This document shows, in pieces, positions 1 to 9,286 of a DNA stretch of 64,000 nucleotides. Under the pieces are notes generated by a model that saw nothing but the letters and a program-made list of their open reading frames with translations, did not search any database and was not told where the DNA came from. Position 1 is the stretch's first letter. Each line of letters opens with the position of its first letter. A program made the position numbers and the translations under genes. This DNA is from an uncultured Pseudomonadota bacterium (GTDB taxonomy: Bacteria > Bdellovibrionota_B > Oligoflexia > Oligoflexales > CAIYRB01). Location of the stretch: NCBI GenBank assembly GCA_903928445.1, contig CAIYRB010000194.1, positions 25,301 through 89,300 of the forward strand, in the 5' to 3' direction.

Positions 1-135
1 AAGCAAGACGATGACCGCAACGGCCCACGCCATGGGCGTCAACCAGCGTATTTCTGTTAGGGCTGAGCCCGCCGCGGTGCCGATGGCCGCAATCAAGAGG
101 GCCAAAAACGGAAGAATGAGCAATCCTGGTTTCAA
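1..135 (-). CDS. Partial ORF (N-terminus only, runs off the window start): membrane-anchored protein downstream of the ABC-2 permease, possibly a GldG-like auxiliary component
   Basis: Own minus-strand translation from TTG at 135 gives LKPGLLILPFLALLIAAIGTAAGSALTEIRWLTPMAWAVAVIVLL, open to position 1, with a hydrophobic helix. It starts 6 nt after the permease stop and is below the ORF-track length cutoff. The function guess rests on gene order alone. Confidence 0.25.
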   Translation of the reverse strand, partial: MKPGLLILPFLALLIAAIGTAAGSALTEIRWLTPMAWAVAVIVLL

Positions 136-141
136 TGCGAC

Positions 142-909
142 TTACCTCCAGCGCTGCGAGTCGAGCACGACGTTCGTGAAGAAAAGAAACAGGGCGCCAA
201 AACAGAGAAAATAGACGGTGTCGCTAACCGTCAGCATGCCCTTTAAGAACATGTCGAGGTGATCGGTGGACGCCAAATATTTCAAGGTACCGGCCCACCA
301 GCCGCCTGTGCTGCTGATGCTAGGAGCAATCCAGTTGAGAACTAGCAGCAGAAACAAGCCAAACATAGTGAACAAAAATGCCATGAACTGATTCGTCGTC
401 ATCGACGATACCCAGAGGCCAAAGGCTAGCTGCGCACACATCAGCAAGAACACACCGGCGTAAGAAGTCAGGATGACCCCCACGTCTGGATTACCGTAGA
501 CCTTAATAAACAGGGGGTATACCGCGGAGCACACCAGCACCAAGGCAAGCACGCCGACGACCGCCAGAAACTTGCCAAAAACGATCTGGGTCGGAGTGAT
601 CGGCGACACCTGCAATAGGCGAATGGTCTGATTGCGACGCTCCTCGGAAAAGGTTGACATCGTCAGGGCCGGGATCACGAGAATGAGGATAAAATGCAGA
701 TTATAAAAAAGCGCCTTGAGAAGCTGCTCCAAGGTCGGTGCCTCGCCACCATACATCGGCGCCTTCTGCGTCATTTCGACAAAGGTATTGAGGAAGTTAT
801 AAAAAAACAGGCCCATCAGGAGAAGAAAGAGAAAAAAGATCGCGCTGCCCTTTGGCGAGGCAAAGTTGGCTTTTATATCACGCCAGGCAATCGTCAACAC
901 TGCACCCAT
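142..909 (-). CDS. ABC-2 type transporter permease (GldF-like)
   Basis: Polytopic hydrophobic protein immediately downstream of the ABC ATPase. I moved the start to ATG at 909 because a GGAGG Shine-Dalgarno lies about 8 nt upstream; the ORF track starts at GTG 924. Confidence 0.8.
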   Translation of the reverse strand: MGAVLTIAWRDIKANFASPKGSAIFFLFLLLMGLFFYNFLNTFVEMTQKAPMYGGEAPTLEQLLKALFYNLHFILILVIPALTMSTFSEERRNQTIRLLQVSPITPTQIVFGKFLAVVGVLALVLVCSAVYPLFIKVYGNPDVGVILTSYAGVFLLMCAQLAFGLWVSSMTTNQFMAFLFTMFGLFLLLVLNWIAPSISSTGGWWAGTLKYLASTDHLDMFLKGMLTVSDTVYFLCFGALFLFFTNVVLDSQRWR

Positions 910-948
910 TCGCAACACCTCCACACTTTTGGCCGATGGCCAAATGGA

Positions 949-1875
949 TTATTGAGTCAGCTGGAAGAAGACCTCTTCCAGGGACTTCGTCTTAAGCGCC
1001 AGCTCTCGCAGGCCAAACCCACCGTCGATCATCTTCCGAGCAACGTTGTCTAGCACCGCCTCGTCGACGCCACCACCGAGACTAAACTCCAGCTCGTGTT
1101 CGGCCGCATCGACCAAGCGCGGATGCTGGGCCGCTGCCAACTCGGCCAGCTCAGACACGGCAGCTGCGCCATTCCTAGCCACCTTAAGGCGGTAGGTTCG
1201 TCCTGACTTCATGGCCTGCGTCAAGTCTTCGTAGCTCCCTGTCTGCACCACCGTGCCGTTATGAACGATGATTAGATGATCGCAGGTGTTCTGCACCTCG
1301 CTCAAAATATGCGAACTCAAGATGATGGTGTGATGCCCTGCCAACGAGCGGATAAGCTCTCGAATCTGCACGATCTGGTTGGGATCCAAGCCTTCCGTTG
1401 GTTCATCCAAAACAAGCACGTCGGGATTGTGTACGATCGCCTGGGCCAGGGCCACGCGTTGGCGATAGCCCTTGGACAAATTGCCAATCAACCTTCGCCG
1501 CACGGCCCCAAGGGACAGCTTCTCCAAGGTCTCGCTAACCCGACGCTGCAACTCGGTACCGGGGATCTTGTGCAACCTACCAGCATAGGTGACGAACTCC
1601 TCAATCCGCATCTCCGGATGCAATGGCGCGACATCCGGCAGGTAACCGAGTCGGCGCTTTACTTCGAGTGGCTGCTCGGTGATGTCAAAGCCGGCGATCG
1701 TGGCGGTACCCGCATCGGCACCAATGCATCCACACATAATATCCATCGTTGTCGTCTTGCCGGCGCCATTGGCGCCGAGGAAGCCGACGATCTGACCTTT
1801 ACCTACACTAAAAGAGACGTTGTTCAAGGCCTGGACTGCGCCATAGCGCTTTGATAGACCGCTCACCTCAATCAT
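949..1875 (-). CDS. ABC transporter ATP-binding protein
   Basis: Walker A GANGAGKTT, signature-like LSKGYRQR, Walker B VLVLDEP, H-loop SSH. The likely start is MIEVSGLSKRYG; the ORF-track N-terminal extension to 1932 is probably not translated. Confidence 0.9.
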   Translation of the reverse strand: MIEVSGLSKRYGAVQALNNVSFSVGKGQIVGFLGANGAGKTTTMDIMCGCIGADAGTATIAGFDITEQPLEVKRRLGYLPDVAPLHPEMRIEEFVTYAGRLHKIPGTELQRRVSETLEKLSLGAVRRRLIGNLSKGYRQRVALAQAIVHNPDVLVLDEPTEGLDPNQIVQIRELIRSLAGHHTIILSSHILSEVQNTCDHLIIVHNGTVVQTGSYEDLTQAMKSGRTYRLKVARNGAAAVSELAELAAAQHPRLVDAAEHELEFSLGGGVDEAVLDNVARKMIDGGFGLRELALKTKSLEEVFFQLTQ

Positions 1876-1999
1876 TAAGAGATCCCCCCACTTGCCAAGA
1901 TCGCGCGTATTGAAAAGTCTAAGCTCTCTCATCAGCTATGAAATATCAATAAGAGCCCATCTTAGGCCTTGGCTCCTCGGAGTCAAGGGCGGTCGCCAG

Positions 2000-2989
2000 T
2001 TAAAAGGGGCGTCCGATCACACCGATGGCAGCTTGGACCTGCTCGAGCTTGCGTTGCGCCATCACCCGTGCCGAGCGCGAGCCACTAAGTAACAGGTCAC
2101 GCATATCATCAGGACGCTTGAGCCAATCGAAATAGCGCTCTCGCATCGGACCAAAGACTAGCTTCAATTGCTCGATCAACGCCAACTTGGCGTGCCCATA
2201 GCCATAGCCACCGGCGCGGTAACGCTCTGCCATGACGGCCGACTCATTCGGGCTTGAAATCAGCTTGTAAAGCGTGAAAACAGTGCAGGTCACCGGATCT
2301 TTGGGCTCAGACAGCGACTGCGTCCCGGTGACGATAGACATCACTTGCCGCTTCCACTCTGCATCAGTCGCAAACACAGACACCACGTTATTCTTCGACT
2401 TACTCATCTTCTCGCCGTCGGTGCCTGGCACCAAAGCTAGCTCGTCCGAAATTTTTGGTTCTGGCAGGTGGAGTATGGACCCATAACGATGATTGAAGCG
2501 TTGGGCAAAATCCCTGGTCATCTCTAAATGCTGCTTCTGATCCTGACCGACAGGCACGACATCGGCATCAAAAAGCAAGATGTCAGCCGCCATCAATACG
2601 GGGTAGTTAAAGACCCCCATATTCACGTCCTGGCCTTTGGCCTGAGCGTCCTTGAAAGAATGTGCCCTGGTCAACATACCAAAAGGCGCCTGACAGCCTA
2701 GTATCCATGCTAATTCACAGACTTCGGGCACGGCCGACTGGGCGTATAACAGCCCTTTATGCGGGTCAAGACCACAGGCCAGGAGGGTCGCCATCATCAC
2801 CAGCGACTGTTGCCGTAGATCCGCCGCCGAATCGGCTCCGTTAAGGGCATGCAGATCGGCGAGAAAAAAGAATAAATCATAACTTTCCTGAAGGTCTAAC
2901 AGGGGCTTATAAGCGCCAAAATAGTTGCCCAAGTGGGGCAATCCGGATGGTCTCGAACCGGTCAAAACACGTTTTTTCTGCTCGCTCAT
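2000..2989 (-). CDS. trpS: Tryptophan--tRNA ligase
   Basis: Class I aaRS motifs: HIGH-like PHLGNYFGA and KMSKS (EKMSKSKNN). Length and overall pattern fit TrpRS. The likely start is MSEQKK, with GGAG upstream. Confidence 0.93.
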   Translation of the reverse strand: MSEQKKRVLTGSRPSGLPHLGNYFGAYKPLLDLQESYDLFFFLADLHALNGADSAADLRQQSLVMMATLLACGLDPHKGLLYAQSAVPEVCELAWILGCQAPFGMLTRAHSFKDAQAKGQDVNMGVFNYPVLMAADILLFDADVVPVGQDQKQHLEMTRDFAQRFNHRYGSILHLPEPKISDELALVPGTDGEKMSKSKNNVVSVFATDAEWKRQVMSIVTGTQSLSEPKDPVTCTVFTLYKLISSPNESAVMAERYRAGGYGYGHAKLALIEQLKLVFGPMRERYFDWLKRPDDMRDLLLSGSRSARVMAQRKLEQVQAAIGVIGRPF

Positions 2990-3168
2990 TGGCACTCCGG
3001 ATCCCTTATAACGGCCGACTATAGCCGGCCGGCGCAAAAAAATCATCTGCCTATCTTCTCCCCTGGGCGAGAACCTGTTAATATTTAAGAGTTAGTTAAC
3101 CATCGGACGGTAAGGGCTTGGGTTAGCAGCCAGGGCCACCACGTTCCATAGGACAGGAGACACAAATC

Positions 3169-3477
3169 GTGGAAGGTACGCTCACCAAAGATGCTCTCAT
3201 CGAGATGATTCGCGACAAAGTCGGCTATCCTGTCAAAGAGGCAAAGGAAATCCTCGAGATCATCCTCGAAGAGATTAAGCTGAAGTTGGAGGAAGGCAAG
3301 GAGGTCAAGATCTCCGGCTTTGGCAAGTGGACGGTGAAGGAGAAACGTTCGCGCCCAGGTCGTAACCCACATACAGGCGATCGCATCGAAATCTCAGCGC
3401 GCCGCGTGGTGACGTTTCACCCGTCGGATAAGCTACGGGATTCCGTCAACCGCTCGTTTGAGAACGAAGCTCCTTAG
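3169..3477 (+). CDS. ihfA: Integration host factor alpha-like / HU-family DNA-binding protein
   Basis: GFGKWTVKEKRSRPGRNPHTGDRIEISARRVVTFHPSDKL matches the IHF-alpha arm (GFG..R.GRNP.TG..I.I.ARRVVTF.P). GTG start with AGGAG 9 nt upstream. Confidence 0.85.
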   Translation: MEGTLTKDALIEMIRDKVGYPVKEAKEILEIILEEIKLKLEEGKEVKISGFGKWTVKEKRSRPGRNPHTGDRIEISARRVVTFHPSDKLRDSVNRSFENEAP

Positions 3478-3515
3478 GCCCATAAGACGTGGCCGAGCGC
3501 CAGACGCTAGTGCAT

Positions 3516-3539
3516 CTTGCCGTGCCCTTCCGTGGCAAG
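3516..3539 (+). terminator. Weak stem-loop downstream of the ihfA-like gene
   Basis: cttgccgtg-cccttc-cgtggcaag forms a 9-bp stem that includes two G:U pairs, followed by a weak ATTT. No strong U-tract. Confidence 0.3.
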
Positions 3540-3560
3540 ACGATTTGACGGGGGCGTTAC

Positions 3561-3950
3561 ATGTGGGCATGGATCGGCCGCCTTTTGCAACTGTTGCCTC
3601 TACTAACTGCGATGTGTTGGAGCTGCTACCCAGCTTTCTTCACCGTCTGGGCTATTGCCACTGCCCCCGATCTGACTCTTGGCCAAATGGAGTGGCAAGA
3701 TCAAAATCAGAGCCTAGCGTTGCGCCGCAAGGTACAGCGGCATTTCCTCGCCCATTCGGTATACCTTCCGTTGGAAGATATCACCACGGCGCCTGGGCCC
3801 AACGCGGCTAGCGACGACCCTTCTTTACTCATGCAAAATGCCTGCGGTCAGGGTAGACTACTCGTCTGGCTCCCCTTTAAATTCAATGTGCCGATCGCCG
3901 GCGAAAAGGTCATCGAGTGGTGTTGGAAACCGCAGACGAACGACGTGTAA
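3561..3950 (+). CDS. Hypothetical membrane-anchored protein
   Basis: N-terminal hydrophobic segment (LLQLLPLLTAMCWSCYPAFFTVWAIA) followed by a soluble part. It looks more protein-like than the overlapping frame 3458..3811. No recognisable domain. Confidence 0.5.
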   Translation: MWAWIGRLLQLLPLLTAMCWSCYPAFFTVWAIATAPDLTLGQMEWQDQNQSLALRRKVQRHFLAHSVYLPLEDITTAPGPNAASDDPSLLMQNACGQGRLLVWLPFKFNVPIAGEKVIEWCWKPQTNDV

Positions 3951-4708
3951 ATGGTGCGGCACCTACGCTACGTCCCTCGCAGCAGGCGAGCGACAAACTC
4001 TGGCCGCTGCTCGCTCGACTGGAGGGCGAGGCCGTCAACATCGATGACCTTATGGAGTGGTTCATCGCTTGGACCCATCAAACCTTTGGTACCGCCGAGG
4101 TCGTTAATGGTTCTGAACGCTTTTACCTTGACCATGGCAAGGTCTTCCACGACGACAGCTTTTATAACGCTAGGACTGCTTACTTTTTTGATCACTTTAT
4201 CTTTGCACGCCGGGTCAGTAGCAACACCATCCAGGTCCGGACTGCTGAAGGCATCACGCCGCATGAGCTCCTTCTTGCCGAAGTCGCGGCACTTCAGGAG
4301 GCCATGCCTCAGCACTTATTTGAGCGGATGCAGCGCCTCAGCGATTTTCGTCATTCGCTATTTCAGATTCTAAAGGTGACCGACAAGTCCATGATGATTC
4401 AGGACTTGATCTCCCCCGGCAAGATCTCGGTGACAGCTAAACCACAAGAAACCTTCCGCGGCCTTGAGAAAAGAACGATTTTTCAGGCTTTCGTCTTTCC
4501 TTTTGACGATACCCATCAACTTAGTAGCGGCATCGTCATACATCCCCAAAAAGCCAATTGGCTGATCAAGCGATGGGTCAAACAGCAGCGACGGAAAGGC
4601 GATTTCACCGCGAAAGCGCTGCTGTCTCGCCTAGCTGCGGTGCAGATTCGTCACCTCCGTCATCGCCATGTGCACCCGAAATTGATCTACCAAGCGATTA
4701 AGGACTAG
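3917..4708 (+). CDS. Hypothetical protein (start uncertain)
   Basis: Long ORF with genome-typical codon bias directly upstream of pilB, no recognised motif. The GTG start at 3917 overlaps the previous ORF by 34 nt. An ATG at 4052 is an alternative start. Confidence 0.55.
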   Translation: MVLETADERRVNGAAPTLRPSQQASDKLWPLLARLEGEAVNIDDLMEWFIAWTHQTFGTAEVVNGSERFYLDHGKVFHDDSFYNARTAYFFDHFIFARRVSSNTIQVRTAEGITPHELLLAEVAALQEAMPQHLFERMQRLSDFRHSLFQILKVTDKSMMIQDLISPGKISVTAKPQETFRGLEKRTIFQAFVFPFDDTHQLSSGIVIHPQKANWLIKRWVKQQRRKGDFTAKALLSRLAAVQIRHLRHRHVHPKLIYQAIKD

Positions 4709-4773
4709 AAGACTCGTCCTCAACTTTTCTCGACTTACAGCCGAACAACGGGGGTAGGGAGAACTGGGGGCCT

Positions 4774-6495
4774 ATGTCCAATCCGTTAAAAACCTATCTC
4801 TTAAGCAATGGCTTGATCAGCGATGCTGACTACACGCGCGCTGAAGCCGTCAGCGCCAAAGAAAACGTCACCATCATGCACGCCATTGAGTCCATCCAGG
4901 TCGTCGCGGAAGATACGCTTCTCGACGCCTTTGCCAAATTCTACCGCCTACCGCGGACGAACTTGGCGGAAATGGACGTACCTAGAGCGATTATCGATTT
5001 GATTCCAAAGGATCTCGCCGTGAAGCACCGCGTGGTGCCCATCGATCGGGCTGGCAACAACATCATTGTCGCAATGGGTGATCCGCGTAACCTCGATGCC
5101 ATCAACGCCATTCGCTTCTCCGTCGGCTTCTTTCCCAAGCCGGTACTGGCCAGTGAACAGCGCATCACAGAAGCCCTACACAAGTATTATGGCAAGACGC
5201 TGGATATGGACTCCCTTGGCGACGGTATCGAGGTCCTGCCCAACAAAAGTCAAAAACAAGAGCGGCAAGACATTTCATCGGGTGATAAGGGTGACGGCCC
5301 GATCATAAAGCTGGTCAACCAAGTTCTCATCCAATGTTTACAACGTCGAGCCTCCGACATCCATATCGAGCCGTATGAATCATACCTCCGTATCCGCCTG
5401 CGAATAGACGGTGTTCTACACGAGATCGCACGCCCTCCCATCAGCATGAAGGCGGCGCTAATCTCACGCATTAAGATTATGGCGTCGCTCGACATTGCAG
5501 AAACCAGGCTGCCGCAAGACGGCGCCATCAATATCACCATCGGCAGCAAGCCCGTTGACTTCCGTGTCAGTTCTCTTCCGACAGTCTACGGCGAGAAAAC
5601 AGTGATGCGGATTTTGGATAAATCAGCCCTGCAAACCGACATGACCCAGTTGGGCTTTGATGTCGAGGAGCTTAAAAAGTTCAAAGATTCGATCCACCAA
5701 CCCTTTGGCATGGTCCTAGTCACTGGCCCAACAGGTTCGGGTAAAACAACGACACTCTACTCGGCGCTGGCCGAATTGAACCAAGAGTCTGACAATATCA
5801 TGACCGCCGAGGATCCAGTCGAATACAACCTCGAAGGCGTTAACCAAGTGCAAATGAAGTCTGACATCGGCCTGACCTTTGCTGCAGCACTGCGTTCCTT
5901 TCTCCGTCAAGATCCTGACATCATCATGGTCGGAGAGATCCGCGATTTGGAAACCGCAGAGATCGGCATCAAGGCCGCACTCACTGGCCACATGGTGCTT
6001 TCAACCCTGCATACCAACAGCGCACCCGACACCATTTCAAGGCTGCTCAACATGGGCGTGGAGAGCTTCAACCTGGTGTCCGCCTTAACCTGCGTTACGG
6101 CGCAGCGACTCGTGCGCAAGATCTGCGATAAATGCCGAATGGTCGACGAAAGCATCACGCCACAACTGATGATTGAACTGGGCATCCATCCGCAATATGC
6201 GAGCAGGGTTCAGGCCTTCAAAGGCGCTGGTTGCCATGCCTGCAGTGGCACTGGCAACAAGGGCCGGATCGCGGTGCATGAGGTCTTAAAATTAAGCGAC
6301 CCGGTACGCGAAGCTATCCTCGCCAATGCACCGGCTATGAAGATCAAGAAAATTGCGATGGCCAACGGCATGCGCTCGCTGCGCCAATCCGCACTCAACA
6401 AGATGGCCCAGGGCATCACCAATGCTCAGGAAGTCACTAAGACGACGGCTCCCGATGGCGATGACGAAAGCCGTCAAAAGGCAGGAGCTGCATGA
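4774..6495 (+). CDS. pilB: Type IV pilus assembly (extension) ATPase PilB / GspE family
   Basis: N-terminal T2SSE_N-like domain, Walker A GPTGSGKTTT, Walker B DPDIIMVGEIRD, His box GHMVLSTLHTN, tetracysteine motif CDKC...CHACSGTG. Confidence 0.92.
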   Translation: MSNPLKTYLLSNGLISDADYTRAEAVSAKENVTIMHAIESIQVVAEDTLLDAFAKFYRLPRTNLAEMDVPRAIIDLIPKDLAVKHRVVPIDRAGNNIIVAMGDPRNLDAINAIRFSVGFFPKPVLASEQRITEALHKYYGKTLDMDSLGDGIEVLPNKSQKQERQDISSGDKGDGPIIKLVNQVLIQCLQRRASDIHIEPYESYLRIRLRIDGVLHEIARPPISMKAALISRIKIMASLDIAETRLPQDGAINITIGSKPVDFRVSSLPTVYGEKTVMRILDKSALQTDMTQLGFDVEELKKFKDSIHQPFGMVLVTGPTGSGKTTTLYSALAELNQESDNIMTAEDPVEYNLEGVNQVQMKSDIGLTFAAALRSFLRQDPDIIMVGEIRDLETAEIGIKAALTGHMVLSTLHTNSAPDTISRLLNMGVESFNLVSALTCVTAQRLVRKICDKCRMVDESITPQLMIELGIHPQYASRVQAFKGAGCHACSGTGNKGRIAVHEVLKLSDPVREAILANAPAMKIKKIAMANGMRSLRQSALNKMAQGITNAQEVTKTTAPDGDDESRQKAGAA

Positions 6496-7625
6496 ACTAC
6501 ACCCTTCCCCAACTGCTTAAAGCGCTTCTTGATCAAGGCGGCAGTGACCTACATATCTCAACAGAGTCCCCACCAAGACTGCGCATCGACGGCAGCCTGT
6601 TGCCACTCGACCTGCCTCCGCTTACACCGCAAGATACCCGTCAATTATGCTATAGCGTCCTAACTGAAGAACAAAAGAAGGACTTCGAAACCCACAAGGA
6701 GATCGATCTCGCGTTTTCAGTGAAAAACATGGCCCGCTTTCGCGCCAACGTATTTCATCAGCGCGGGCAGGTCGCAGGAGTCTTTCGCGTCATCCCATTC
6801 AAACTGTATTCACTTGAAGAGCTGGCCCTTCCGCCGTCGATCAAGGATATCTGCAACACCAACAAAGGACTCGTCTTGGTAACAGGACCGACGGGGTCTG
6901 GTAAATCAACGACTCTAGCCGCGATGATCAACTACATCAACGAAACCCGGCGCGACCACATTATCACCATCGAAGATCCTGTTGAATTCATGCACACCCA
7001 TAAAAATTCGATGGTCAATCAACGTGAGGTCGGTAGCGACACGACGTCGTTTGCTCGAGCTCTAAAAAGCGTCCTTCGTGAGGACCCAGACGTCATCTTA
7101 GTCGGCGAGATGCGCGACCTAGAAACCATTAGCTTGGCTTTGACTGCAGCTGAGACCGGGCACCTGGTCTTTGCGACCCTTCATACCAATTCTTGCATCT
7201 CAACCCTGACACGTATCATCGACGTCTTCCCTCCGCACCAACAGGTACAAGTGCGCATTCAATTAGCCATGTCGGTAAGCGCGGTCATCGCGCAAACACT
7301 ACTACCAGCGGTCAATGGTGGGCGCGTCATGGCTATGGAAACGATGCTGCCGAACAAGGCCATTCGCAACCTCATTCGTGAGGATAAGCTGCACCAAATC
7401 TACTCCTCGATGCTGACTGGTCAAGACACTAGCGGCATGCAGACGATGAACCAGTCTCTTCTCAATCTGATTGATCGTCGCTTTGTCACTGCCGAACTCG
7501 CATTGGAACGGTCTCCTGAGCCGGAGGAGCTCCAAGATATGCTAGACAAAAGGGCGCTGCGCGCTAGCACCCCAGGCAAAGTCGGGCCGCAGCAGCGCGG
7601 ATACACACCAAAAAAGGGGGCGTAA
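6492..7625 (+). CDS. pilT: Twitching-motility (retraction) ATPase PilT
   Basis: Walker A GPTGSGKSTT, DPDVILVGEMRD, GHLVFATLHTN, PilT-signature AIRNLIREDKLHQI. ATGA overlap with pilB. Carries a charged C-terminal tail. Confidence 0.9.
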   Translation: MNYTLPQLLKALLDQGGSDLHISTESPPRLRIDGSLLPLDLPPLTPQDTRQLCYSVLTEEQKKDFETHKEIDLAFSVKNMARFRANVFHQRGQVAGVFRVIPFKLYSLEELALPPSIKDICNTNKGLVLVTGPTGSGKSTTLAAMINYINETRRDHIITIEDPVEFMHTHKNSMVNQREVGSDTTSFARALKSVLREDPDVILVGEMRDLETISLALTAAETGHLVFATLHTNSCISTLTRIIDVFPPHQQVQVRIQLAMSVSAVIAQTLLPAVNGGRVMAMETMLPNKAIRNLIREDKLHQIYSSMLTGQDTSGMQTMNQSLLNLIDRRFVTAELALERSPEPEELQDMLDKRALRASTPGKVGPQQRGYTPKKGA

Positions 7626-7634
7626 GCCAAAAAA

Positions 7635-8921
7635 ATGGCCGAATTTAAATACAAAGCCAAAGACTCCTCCGGCCGCACCAGATCCGGCAAGGTGTCCGCT
7701 CAATCTAAAGCCCAGGCCAGGGCACTGATCACTAGAATGCGCCTGAACGTACTGCAAATCACCACGACAAAGTTGGATAATAGCGGCGGCAAGAATAACG
7801 GCGATGACGGGACAACACCGATTCTAGGCAATATGATTGTTAAGGACAAAGATGGGAAGATCCAGCTCCAGCTGGGCGCCTCGGAGCCCAGTACCAAGGA
7901 TCTCATCGTCTTCACCAAGCAATTTGCGACGATGATCGGCAGCGGTGTGCCCTTGGTCCAAGCCATTGGCGTGCTTGCCGAGCAGCAGGTTGTACTCTCT
8001 TTTGGCCGAACCTTGAATAAGATTCGATTTTCTGTAGAAAACGGCGCCACGCTGAGTGAGAGCCTCGAAGCCTATCCAAAGATTTTCGATAGCCTCTATG
8101 TCTCACTTGTCCGAGCCGGAGAAGCTAGCGGCAATCTCGACACTATTTTATTAACCTTAACGGTCTATCTTGAAAAAGCTGCAAAGATTAAATCCCAGGT
8201 CAAGTCCGCGATGTTCTATCCGCTGATGGTCGTCGCCGTTGCCGTCATCGTGATCACCGTATTGCTGGTCTTCGTCGTACCAATCTTTGCGAAACAATAT
8301 TCTGATTCTGGCAAGCAACTGCCTTTTATGACTGCCATGGTCGTCAACGCCTCGACCTTCATCACGACGCACTTCCTAATAATACCTGGCGTTGTCTTCG
8401 GCACATTATTCGCATTCCGAGCCTATATTAGAACATCACAAGGGCGGGCCATCCTCGACGACAGTCTGCTTCGACTTCCCGGGTTTGGCGTACTATTTCG
8501 CAAACTCGCCGTCGGTCGATTCTGCAATACCATGTCCACCATGCTCACAGCCGGACTAAACATCTTAGAAGCCCTGACGATCTGTGCCGCCTCTTCGGGC
8601 AATATGACAATCGAGAAGTTCGTGCTCGGCGTTAGGGGCAAGATCGAGCAGGGCGCAAAATTTTCGGAAACCCTAGCTGAAGGTGGTTTGATTCCGTCCA
8701 TGGTGACCTCCATGGTTGCCGTTGGTGAAGCCACCGGAGCTCTCGATGATATGTTGGTAAAAGTGAGCCAGTTTTACGAAGATGAAGTTGATGTCGCCGT
8801 CAAGACCTTGCTGTCCATGATCGAACCGATCATGATTGTGGTCATCGGTGGAATCGTCGGCTTCATCGTCATCGCGATGTATCTGCCGATTTTCGACATG
8901 GCAAGCCTAGGCTCCGACTAA
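7635..8921 (+). CDS. pilC: Type IV pilus inner-membrane platform protein PilC (GspF family)
   Basis: Duplicated GspF-type domains with three TM segments, in the typical pilB-pilT-pilC order. The N-terminal region has a Gly/Asn/Asp-rich insert. Confidence 0.9.
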   Translation: MAEFKYKAKDSSGRTRSGKVSAQSKAQARALITRMRLNVLQITTTKLDNSGGKNNGDDGTTPILGNMIVKDKDGKIQLQLGASEPSTKDLIVFTKQFATMIGSGVPLVQAIGVLAEQQVVLSFGRTLNKIRFSVENGATLSESLEAYPKIFDSLYVSLVRAGEASGNLDTILLTLTVYLEKAAKIKSQVKSAMFYPLMVVAVAVIVITVLLVFVVPIFAKQYSDSGKQLPFMTAMVVNASTFITTHFLIIPGVVFGTLFAFRAYIRTSQGRAILDDSLLRLPGFGVLFRKLAVGRFCNTMSTMLTAGLNILEALTICAASSGNMTIEKFVLGVRGKIEQGAKFSETLAEGGLIPSMVTSMVAVGEATGALDDMLVKVSQFYEDEVDVAVKTLLSMIEPIMIVVIGGIVGFIVIAMYLPIFDMASLGSD

Positions 8922-9139
8922 ATTTCCCAGTCCATCTGGCAATCGCGGCAGCGATACTGCAATTTCCCACCTTTGATGGTCACTGACTCCAGATCCTTTT
9001 GGCGGCATCTGGGACAGGTGACCGCCTGGTGATTATGGACGCACGTAGACAAGCGGCATCGCAGGCCGCCAGCCGACCCAGAGTCAGCCACGGCAGGCCC
9101 TTGACAAACAGGGCACCTTTCAGCTTCGCGACGGTTCAT
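8918..9139 (-). CDS. Small double zinc-ribbon protein
   Basis: 73 aa with CPVC...CRLSTC and CPRC...CRDC cysteine pairs. Convergent with pilC; the two genes share a 4-nt stop overlap. Confidence 0.5.
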   Translation of the reverse strand: MNRREAERCPVCQGPAVADSGSAGGLRCRLSTCVHNHQAVTCPRCRQKDLESVTIKGGKLQYRCRDCQMDWEI

Positions 9140-9286
9140 GATAGCCTCCCTTAAATGGCAGAGTTCACCGACTATTATGCGGCCTGCCAGTGCCCGTCGT
9201 CAGCCATTTTCACTAGCCCAAGGCCGAACCCACCTGGACCACTCGCAGGTGTGAAGCTTAGGGCCTTTGCCACGGAGATCCCCTAG

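Noticed and set aside
1276-1854. Long antisense ORFs inside well-supported genes. Examples: 1276-1854 opposite the ABC ATPase, 32207-32779 opposite slt, 40369-40908 opposite the FAD oxidoreductase, 44637-45203 opposite the methyltransferase, 49312-49935 opposite the M14 peptidase, 52067-52735 opposite hutH, and 58975-59712 opposite the lipoprotein.
   Set aside because: These are typical shadow ORFs of a GC-rich genome. Their translations are Arg/Pro/Ala/Ser-rich and lack motifs, while the opposite strand carries clear family signatures.
949-1932. N-terminal extensions given by the ORF track for many genes. Examples: ABC ATPase to 1932, trpS to 3046, secG to 21399, map to 38588, rplS to 47195, trxA from 45271, holA-like from 29423, and the pseudo-receiver to 42902.
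   Set aside because: In each case an internal start aligns with the expected family N-terminus. It usually has a better Shine-Dalgarno sequence, or it avoids overlap with a neighbouring gene.
2990-3046. A GGCCG...CGGCC hairpin next to an A7/T7 run upstream of trpS, considered as a terminator or T-box-like leader.
   Set aside because: On the trpS (minus) strand the T-run precedes rather than follows the stem. On the plus strand an A-run follows it. No T-box specifier or antiterminator features were recognised. It is probably just 5'-UTR structure.
3458-3811. The 117-aa ORF overlapping the 3561-3950 ORF in another frame.
   Set aside because: Its translation is Arg/Pro/Ala-rich and non-protein-like. 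The alternative frame gives a plausible membrane-anchored protein.
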